Source: Alloascoidea hylecoeti
Taxonomy: Eukaryota
Length of the DNA stretch: 43,628 nucleotides
Assembly (NCBI GenBank): GCA_001600815.1
Contig: BCKZ01000005.1
Location: 805,727-849,354 of the forward strand
Reading direction: 5' to 3'
A program made the position numbers and the translations under genes. Below, in pieces: positions 34,695 to 43,628 of the stretch. How positions within the stretch are numbered: the first letter of the stretch is position 1; each line of letters begins with the position of its first letter. The notes beneath the pieces were generated by a model. That model did not search any database. It saw only the letters and a list, made by a program, of their open reading frames with translations, and had not been told where the DNA came from.

Positions 34695-36239
34695 GGTATT
34701 TATATATTGCCAGATGGTTACATATATTAATGTAAACGTCCATAATGTACACTTCAATAAGTGTTCATCTTGGCCTGGATTATAATTATATACCCTTATA
34801 TTCACAAATATTTATATATATGAATACACATACCATGTAAATTTAGAGATTAATATGATCAGTTTGAAATAATTTAAACTGTTATAGTTATGTACCATTA
34901 ATTGTGACCCAAGGGAATACTGCATTAATTATTAATGAACAAAAGGAGCCTCCTAGAAGCAATTTGTAATTGTATCACTTTGTATGAATCTTTAATTAAA
35001 TTACTGCATGTTCACTAATATCCATTCATCTAGCATTCATATACCAGGCCTACAACTGACGTAAATATAGTATAACATAGTAGATCTAGATATTTTAAGG
35101 ATATAGCAGTTTAGACTCTAGAGGTTTGTAATTGTCTTAGAAAGAGAGAGAGAACCACTTATTATCTATAGGCCTAAGGGCCGGGTATCTATGATTTACG
35201 TGTTGTAATTGTGATTTTTGCAATCGTATTAGTTTATCAGATCCGCCCATGCGTTACTGTAACTATGAGTCGATGACTAATATTTTATAGGTTATATATA
35301 TTTAATTAATCGGAGATAAATATACTGGATGGTACTGCTATATACAAACAAAAGTTTGAACTGTTTGATATTAATTATATTTTGCAATTGAGAATTTGAG
35401 TTGTAATTAATTATGCTCCAATCAAAACCTAGCTTTATTACACGGCAAACTTTAAAACTTGATTAGATTAGACAGATTAATACTTCAATGCTCGAGCTCT
35501 ATAATATAAATTATATAAGTATAGGTAGGCCCTAGTGTTGGGCGCGGAATACGAACTACGGAAATTCTTAGGGAAAATCGAACTTTTGCTTGCTGAGATT
35601 TATGGAGAAATCTTATCAATTTTTGAAACATTATATATACTGTGAGCATGAGACCTGCTAGTATTGGAGTAGTTACCCTGCTAGTGAGCTCAATTACCCT
35701 ACATGCTCACATGGTGCATCATGTGATGTACGGAAACAACAGAAAATGTACGGACGATAAACCCCAAAATCAACGTTTCTGAAATCGTACTTATCACTAG
35801 TTAGCCCTATATTTGATTATTCTTAAAATCCGATTTAAATGATCGACATCGATGTATAGCATTGAGTACGTATCTACATTGATATCTGATCATAAATTCA
35901 AATTTCTAGATCCAAATCTTGCATGGTTAACATTTTCCATTATATATGACTTGATCGGGTTAATAGGAGGGGAATCCGATTATGAAGAATATCTTCAAAC
36001 AGTGTGGGACTCAACTTTAAACCTGTAAAACCCTCCTTATAATGAGATTTGTCAATATATACTATATAGAACTTGAAGTAAAAATGAAGCACACCCGAGA
36101 TTCGAACCGCTAACTACATAGATCTAATAAAATCTATTGATTTTCTCTGGTTTTCACCGCTGTGGGGATGCTTTTTTGGATCGAGATTGATATAAGTTTC
36201 AACCTGCTAAGAGCTGTTTTCAAACTTTAAAAAAGTAAA

Positions 36240-36311
36240 CTCCGAAACGGGGAATTGAACCCCGATCTGCCCGGTGAGAGCGGACCGTGCTAGCCATTAC
36301 ACTATTTCGGA
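36240..36311 (-). tRNA. tRNA-Glu(CUC)
   Basis: TCCGAAATAGTGTAATGGCTAGCACGGTCCGCT-CTC-ACCGGGCAGATCGGGGTTCAATTCCCCGTTTCGGAG folds as a cloverleaf, has no intron and is followed by a T6 terminator. Confidence 0.97.
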
Positions 36312-36324
36312 TTTTTATTTTTGG

Positions 36325-36706
36325 TGTGAAGTAAGCTACTAACCACTTAATAGCTTACAATAGATGTAACTCGCGGAATCAGATACAGACCACGATCAAG
36401 ATCTTAAACAGGAAAAATGTATTGAAGCTAACCCCTCTTTAAAGTGGGATTTATCTTACGTTTATATAGATAAATCCAAAAACTATTAATAGGAACAGTC
36501 CTAGAAGTAATAAACATAATAAGATATTAAATGTGCGGTAAGAATGAAATACAATTGTATATATCCCCGAACTGGCTAGTTCAAGAACTGTGGAATGTCT
36601 TTCAGGAACCAATATAAAATGTATCCAAGAAATGTTGAACGTACTCGCGAAATGATAACCAAAGGAACACCCAAAATAATGACGATGTCATGATTGTTCC
36701 TTTACA
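36325..36706 (-). repeat. 3' LTR (382 bp)
   Basis: TGTGAAGTAAGCTACT...GTTCCTTTACA; diverged direct repeat of 38302-38659. Confidence 0.93.
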
Positions 36707-36758
36707 TCCTCCTCCACTTAACTTTAAGCCCCCCGGTTCTGGGTCTCGTTTAAATTTA

Positions 36759-38221
36759 TCAATAAAAATTTTTCAGCATCATAGGGTTTCCTCTTCCAAA
36801 TGTTTGAACTTCAGATTTCACGGTTTCATTCATATGAGCATTAATTCTGTCAAATCTTTGATGCCACTTCTTAACCATACGCACATATAACCAACGCAAA
36901 ATCGATGCCTTAATATCAACACTACCACTCACAATAATAACAGTATTAGCGTTTTCTAAAGGTTTCCTTTCTAACAATGTATTTCTTAAAAAAACTCTAT
37001 CTTTCGAAGTATCATTATTTGCCGTATCCATATTCGAACTTTCCAAAACATCTTGTTCAACTTCATTTAATTCCGATTTCTTAGCTCCACAGTCGTTTGA
37101 TTTCATTTCCCCTAATTCGTTTTCGTTTGCTATTACCAGCTCTAACCCAGTTTCTTTTTGTATCAGCTCAACTAGTTCATCTTCATTTTCTAATACTTCT
37201 TCTAATTCAAATTCCTTTGTTGCATCATTAACCCTTCTCGTAGATTTAAAAACATCATCATCTAATTTACTATCTTCTTTAATCACCAAATCAAGCTCAT
37301 ATTTCTTTGACGCAATTAAACTCCAACCAACATCCTGTTGGGATTCAGGCCCAGATGTAACACCACTATCCGTTTCGAACATAATCAGCATTTATCACTT
37401 TATCTACCATATCAACCTCCTCTTGAGGGTCTGGTCTAAGATCAAAGTGTTTCCTATCATTCAATTTGGTGTTTCTACCTTCCAGATCTCCTGAAACTTC
37501 ACAGTCATAATTTAAGCTGGTGGCCATGATTTCTGCATAAATCACTTGCTGATTACTTGCACCACTTGCTAAGGGTTTCGTCAACTTGCTGTTGCAATAA
37601 CGTGTAAAATGTCCCGTTGCTCTACATTTAAAGCATCGTCTTTCTCTGACTAACAACTATCTTTCCCTTGCTGTCAAATTCACCTCTACTCTATCTAATC
37701 TTGGAGAATATTGATTAACATTGAATTGCTGCTCATTCATTCGTGGATTTGTGTCCCAAGCTTGATTATATCTCTGATTATTGCTCTCCGGCTCCCTTAG
37801 ATCCCACCGTGGCTTACCCCTTTGACGGGATGGATACATGATATTATCTATATCAATTGCCTTCCCATAAGCATCCTCTAAAGATCTCCGTTAGTACAAT
37901 TGTAATTGTAATTTGATGTTATGTTTGAGACCATTGATGAACCGATCCAATAACGCTCTCTCAGACAGGAAATTTGTTGTAGAAAGTGTCCTTAATGCCA
38001 TTTTCAAAATCTGTAAATGTGCCGAAACTTTGCGAAATATACCAATTTAATGCACGACCTGTTAAATAGAGCCCAGCATACCCAAGTTTGTTGATCTCAT
38101 CATCAACTCTTCCTAATCTGAACCTAAGTTTGATACCGTTCAACCAGGCATCTAGGTCTTCTGCAACCCGTGACCTTTCGTATGGTCTCAATTCCGGCGG
38201 TCTTAAACTAAACATTGACAT
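36759..38221 (-). pseudogene. Disrupted gag with an acidic downstream extension
   Basis: LDAWLNGIKLRF..AGLYLTGRALNWY (retrotransposon gag), DRFINGLK after a frameshift near 37960, CFKCRATGHFTRYC zinc knuckle, an in-frame TAG at 37657-37659 and a further frameshift near 37380. Confidence 0.85.
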
Positions 38222-38301
38222 GAGTTTTGACAAATACCAAATCTAGCAGATCAAACAATCATCAATCCTGTGTCTTCAGATCGTGATGCGCCGCTACCAA
38301 G

Positions 38302-38659
38302 TGTAAAGTAAGCTACTAATGACTTAATAGCTTACAATAGATGTAACTGGCGGAATCAGATAGAGACGACGAGCAAGATCTTAAACAGGAAAAATGTATT
38401 AAAGCTAACCTTTTCTCCCTATTTAAAAGTGGGATTTATCTTACGTTTATATAGATAAATTCAAAAGCTTATTAATAGAAAAGTCTCAGAAGTAATAAAG
38501 AGGTACAATGTATCCCAGCAATGAGGTAATGACCTCAAGAACTGTGACATGTGTTTCCGAACCAATATAAAATGCATTCAAGAAATGTTAAATGTACTCG
38601 CGAAATGATAACCAAAGGAACAACCAAAATAATGACGATGTCATGATTGTTCCTTTACA
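38302..38659 (-). repeat. 5' LTR (358 bp)
   Basis: TGTAAAGTAAGCTACT...GTTCCTTTACA, adjacent to the PBS. Confidence 0.93.
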
Positions 38660-40396
38660 TTTAGAGTGAATATTATTATATGATGGATATTTACAAAAAA
38701 GCTCAAGAAAATCAGAAGAGACAGTTAAAGATAACTTAAGAAGAAGAAGTTTCATAATTTATGAGTGATTTTCCCAATTTAATAGTTTCTTGTTAATCAG
38801 AAGTTGTAAGCCTTATACCGGTAAAAAAAAAAGTAATTATAAAACCGAATAAATGGGTGAGAGAATACCCAAGATCGGAAGCAATAATAAGAAAATATTA
38901 AAAAATCGTATAAGAAGAACCCAGAGGAAACACAATGGATTAGTTTGTTCTGTTTATACTACTATACGTAAAACCTATATGATTCAATCCAGTATACAAG
39001 CACACACAAAAGTGCAAACAAATCAAACATACATGTAGTTGACCATGGGTAATTATGGTAAAGTTAAAAAATTTTATGTCAATAATGAAAACATGATAAA
39101 TGCAACATTTTTGAAAAAAGCCCGACCATAAAAATGCTGAAGAGAAGGATGCTAGAATCCGACAGGGTGGAAAACAAAACATTGATTTCTTCACTTAAAT
39201 AGTTGGAAGTTGTTATTGTTGAATACTACTTAATTGGGCAGTTAGTTCACTCATGATTAGATTGATGTCCTCCGGATTTGTAAACACATAATTGCTTTAA
39301 AACTCTTGGAAAACCAATATATTTTAAGTATGTTATATCTTTCTAAATGTGATGGAATTCCTCGATATAAATTATGAAATACACAAAAACAACTAAACTT
39401 AATTTAACACTAAACTATAAAAACATATACATATGGCTTCTAGTCCTCTTTGTTATACTGTCACCTCCTCGTTATCAATAGAACAATCACCTATTCTCTA
39501 TTCTTGTATAGTCATAAATAGTAAAATAATTAATTATTTAATCTATATAAGAAGAGGCATTTCCTCATTTCTAATAAACTAAGCTTATTTTTGACTACAT
39601 TATTATTTAATTAGAATCAATATCATTTGCCAACTACAAAAAACTCTTACAGAAGTTTTATTCAGAAATTATATATAAAGCTAAAAGAGAAAATTTACTA
39701 TTTTATTTTGGTATTTGTTATTCATGATATTGTGTCTCTTTTAATTTAATAAGCCCGCATATGTCGCTAATTTACCCTCTAGGTAAGTTAGTTAACTATT
39801 GATCTGTTCACTTCTTATACTGAATAAGAGCAGAAATATAACGAATATGTATTTAATCAATTATACCAAGATATTCAATAACTGTTAAGTTATATTTCCA
39901 TCATTAGATATACATGTATTATCCGGAGGTTCACAAAAAGTATTAGGTGAGCCCTAGTCATATGATGTTATGATCACGTGGTATATATATTTTACTTGAT
40001 ATTTCATTATATCTAAATCTCTAGGGTATTGGAGAAACATTTAGCCCTCAAAAACGAACTCACTTATGCAAATAGGCGAGTTTAGTTGAATTTATGCTTA
40101 CAGATAATCAATTATACATACAACGTCTGTACACGAAGATACAAGACTTTAGAGTTCCAACATAAATTGGAAGATAAAATTAATGAGAATAACTCCGAAT
40201 TTAAATACTATTCTTGAAAACTCAATTACAGATGAAGAAATAAAAAATATCATAATTCATAAAGAAACATTATAATTCCACTTATATATATGATGCTGGT
40301 GACTATGGCGATACGGCCCCAACTTATATTAAGATCATAAGCTCAAAGAACTCAAAAAATAACAATATTAATAAAAAACACTAGTAATTGCATATT

Positions 40397-42028
40397 CTAA
40401 AAAAATATATTCAATACTTTTTCCCATACTTTTGGCTCCTCTAGTTCTTCATATTCATTATCAAGTGCTTCTAATCTACCCGTTGTTAAATCAATTTCAG
40501 AAATAGGAACAATACTGGTTCGTTTAAAAATCTTCCAGCCTATAAACAATATTATAAATATGAAAACTGATGCGTAACAAACAAAAAAATTGCTGGTACT
40601 CCATGGCATGAAGGCATAAAATCCTTGGGTTATGATGATAATTGTTAATAGAAATGTGCAAAAGTAAGTAAGGTATGGTTGGAACCTGGACTTATAGTGG
40701 AAAATTGATTTATCATATCTGCTTATTTTGTTATGCTTTAATGCATGGTAGAAACGAATATATGATATCATGAAAATTAACCACGCAATAAATCCAAATA
40801 CTGTTGTTAAATTGACTAACCAATTAAATACCTCTTCTGCCGTTGAATCTAATGTCATCAATGATAATAATCCAAATAAAGCACATATAGTAATTGAAGG
40901 ATATGGAATACCTTTCTTGGATGTCCAGGAAAGAAATTTTGGGGCCATGTCCCTTTTTGCTAAAGCATATAGTGTTCTTGTTGGGATATAAACCATAGTG
41001 TTTGCGGCACTAAAACAGGCAAGTAAAATAACAGCATTTACAATACTTGGTAGAGCATTTCCATGAGCAATATGCTTACAAGCTAAGACAAATGGACTTT
41101 TGGCCCCTGTTTGAGCATCTTCAGTAAGTGCTGATAATAAACTTTCATCTTTAGACGATAAAACTAAAGAGAAGAAGAAAACAGAGCCAACATTTGTACC
41201 AAGAATCCATACTAATACTTTTTTCATGACTGAAGGTAGAATTTTGGAAGCATTTGGAAGCTCTGCTACAGTGAGTGCAACCATTTCAATACCCTGATAA
41301 CCAAAACCAGCTGTAATCATGACAGACCAATATCCTAAGAATTTCCCAACTGGCTTATCTGTTAGATAGTTATTAAAGGGACCCGGATTTCTCCAATATC
41401 GGAATCCAATTGCTTTATGATCTGTGTTACCACCACATGTAACTATAAGGCATACGAGTATAACACCAATTGCCATGATCAATTTGATAATTGATAACCA
41501 AAATTCAATTTCACCAAACTTTTCAACATCCACCAGATTCGTAAGAAACAAGCATACCATAAATATGATAATCCAAGCCCATTCTGGTACTATACCATCA
41601 ACATCCCAATATCCAATTAATAACACCATTGCAATAATTTCTGTAGGAAAAATAATCAAGAATGAAAACGTATACGTCCAGCCTAAAGCAAATCCAAGTG
41701 ATTCGTCAACAAAACGAATGGCAAATTCAACAAAATGACCATCAATAGGTAAATAAGAACTCATTTCAGCCAATGATGTAGCCATATTATAGGAAACCAA
41801 AGACATTGTTAAGTATCCAAGTATCATACCAACTGGACCGGCTGTATTAAGCGAACTACCAGAGTTCAATAATAGACCAGTTCCTAAACAACTTCCAATT
41901 GCCATTAAAACCACATGGCGGGACTTCAATTTTCTTGCTAATTTGGCATCTCCTTGCTCCACAACATTTGTCGACTCACTGAGCTGCTTTTCGGTCAAGC
42001 TTAATTTGTCTGAAGCATTAGCCGACAT
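40397..42028 (-). CDS. Amino acid permease (APC superfamily, YAT family)
   Basis: LARKLKSRHVVLMAIGSCLGTGL, FGEIEFWLSIIK, IGFRYWRNPG and about 12 hydrophobic segments. Confidence 0.96.
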   Translation of the reverse strand: MSANASDKLSLTEKQLSESTNVVEQGDAKLARKLKSRHVVLMAIGSCLGTGLLLNSGSSLNTAGPVGMILGYLTMSLVSYNMATSLAEMSSYLPIDGHFVEFAIRFVDESLGFALGWTYTFSFLIIFPTEIIAMVLLIGYWDVDGIVPEWAWIIIFMVCLFLTNLVDVEKFGEIEFWLSIIKLIMAIGVILVCLIVTCGGNTDHKAIGFRYWRNPGPFNNYLTDKPVGKFLGYWSVMITAGFGYQGIEMVALTVAELPNASKILPSVMKKVLVWILGTNVGSVFFFSLVLSSKDESLLSALTEDAQTGAKSPFVLACKHIAHGNALPSIVNAVILLACFSAANTMVYIPTRTLYALAKRDMAPKFLSWTSKKGIPYPSITICALFGLLSLMTLDSTAEEVFNWLVNLTTVFGFIAWLIFMISYIRFYHALKHNKISRYDKSIFHYKSRFQPYLTYFCTFLLTIIIITQGFYAFMPWSTSNFFVCYASVFIFIILFIGWKIFKRTSIVPISEIDLTTGRLEALDNEYEELEEPKVWEKVLNIFF

Positions 42029-43327
42029 TTAAATCAGAAGCTTAATAGGGTTTCAAGTAAAAGAAAATTTAGAGAATTCTTTTGATAGCTGTGAAGTAAT
42101 AATACCTGTTTAATATCTATTGTAATGTGATTTTTTTTCACGAATAATAAATTATTCAATTCTTCAAGCTTAAGATCAAAAATTTGTTCAAAACTTTTTT
42201 AAAATATGTTAAAAAAAAGACTTTACTAAAAACCATATATATAGTAATTGCAAGATTAAAAATATCAATAATAATGCAAAGTTTTCGGAAGTATGCTGTT
42301 TTTTGGTATTGAAATTAGAAGAAAATATTTTAATGCACAAAAATTATTGAAACATAAAACAAAAACAGAAAAATATAAGCAATTCATGTCCAATTATCAT
42401 CGATATATCGGGTAAATTTCTAGTGATGATATATTTATGTTTATATAAATATTCACAACATGGATAAATTTTTTATTTTTGGCTTGATCATAAATGTTGA
42501 TAAAAATTATATAGAGTTTGGTTTTCACACATAGTATATGACCACATTTTTCTATTTCTTCCTAAAGGGCCTATCAATTTAAGCTTAAGATTTACAGATG
42601 TGTCGATGGGCCCGTTGGCCATGGGCCCGTTGGATACGAGGTAAAGGAGATGAGATCTCTATAATTATATAATTATAATGAGGTTACTTTTGTAAATGTA
42701 TGTACAGCCATAGCCATATATGTATGCATACTATGCAATATAATAACGGGCCTATGCAATGTTATGCATGCAACTGTAGTGATATTTTTCTGATATTAAG
42801 CCGTTCCCCGAAAGAAATTTAAAGAATTATTTATGCATCAAGTAGAACGGCGGGCTGTTAATTGAATAATAGAAAAAAAAGGATACAACCAGGTATAAAG
42901 TTAACAATATTTATTCAGATCGGGTATTAAATTACTTATAATTTTAATTAGCTATATACATGTAAATACTGGGTAATTTCCATTTTTTGAGAAGTGTGAG
43001 ATCTTGTATATATTACTATATTGGAAATGTTTTGTAGATCTATAATACACCGTTTCAATTTTAATTTCGGGGGTACATATTTGGCCACCTTTTGATTAAT
43101 GATTATCACTCACCCCTTTCACTATAGCTATAAGCTTCAGCAGTATAAATTTATAAAAGTGATAGAAAAAAAGTTATCAGTGTATTTTTCAAAAAGTAGC
43201 CTAAAATGCATATAAAGTAAAAACAATCTATTAATTTCAACAATTGCAATCTTGATCATACATAAACTTATTCTATTAATGTTATAAAACTTATGTTAAT
43301 CCATATACAATATTAATACAAAATGTA

Positions 43328-43628
43328 TCAAAAGAATATATTCAAAACCTTTTCCCAACCTTTTGATTTTATATCTTCAAAATCGTTATATTCACTTTCT
43401 AATGCCTCTAGTCTTCCTGTAGTTAAATCAATTTCCGAAATTGGAACAATATTGGTTTTTTTCCATATCTTCCAACCAATATAAAATATAACAAAAATAA
43501 TCAGTGAAGTATAACAAACAAAAAATTCATTAATACTCCATGGCATGAATGCATAAAACCCTTGTGTAAGAATAACTATTACCAAGAAAAATGCCGTAAA
43601 ATAACCGAGATAGGGTTGAAAAGGAGCC
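43328..43628 (-). CDS. Second YAT-family amino acid permease, 3' end only (runs off the window)
   Basis: APFQPYLGYFTAFFLVIVILTQGFYAFMPWS...VPISEIDLTTGRLEAL...WEKVLNIFF, closely matching the C-terminus of 40397-42028. Confidence 0.93.
   Translation of the reverse strand, partial: APFQPYLGYFTAFFLVIVILTQGFYAFMPWSINEFFVCYTSLIIFVIFYIGWKIWKKTNIVPISEIDLTTGRLEALESEYNDFEDIKSKGWEKVLNIFF

Larger units (their letters stand above)
36325..38659 (-). mobile_element. Non-autonomous Ty3/Gypsy-like LTR retroelement (2335 bp)
   Basis: Two TG..CA LTRs, PBS TGGTAGCGGCGC (38288-38299, iMet-type), PPT GGAGGAGGA (36707-36715), 5-bp TSD TTTGG/TTTAG, and gag remnants with a CCHC knuckle. No RT or integrase. Confidence 0.92.

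Noticed and set aside
36087..36173. Functional suppressor or selenocysteine tRNA
   Set aside because: The T-stem and D-arm do not pair canonically and there is no proper 7-nt anticodon loop.
38853..39194. Two short overlapping ORFs right of the LTR element
   Set aside because: No recognisable motif, no complete intron signals, and composition typical of intergenic DNA.

Overview
AT-rich, intron-containing budding-yeast (Saccharomycotina) chromosomal DNA. A Dipodascaceae/Trichomonascaceae-like lineage is plausible but is only an inference. Genes in order: RPP1, RPS16, a coiled-coil protein with an MCB-containing promoter, a small mitochondrial membrane protein, CTR9, PSF3, a secreted S8 subtilisin fused to an Als-like adhesin domain, DST1 (TFIIS), a bZIP factor, an orphan nuclear protein with IxLPP repeats, an F-box protein, a Tls1/C9orf78 homolog, a divergent beta-tubulin, pyruvate carboxylase, tRNA-Glu(CUC) and two tandem amino-acid permeases. 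Mobile DNA: a pogo/Fot1 transposase relic, a MITE-like inverted-repeat element and a gag-only Ty3-like LTR element inserted 13 bp upstream of the tRNA. Standout observations: (1) beta-tubulin needs a single-nucleotide exon (G28704) to build its Gly13 codon; (2) the same protein carries both F167Y- and E198A-equivalent benzimidazole-resistance residues; (3) a Rap1-like plus Mcm1-like module from the RPS16 promoter recurs inside the MITE-like element. All exon models and protein families were derived by eye, without database searches.
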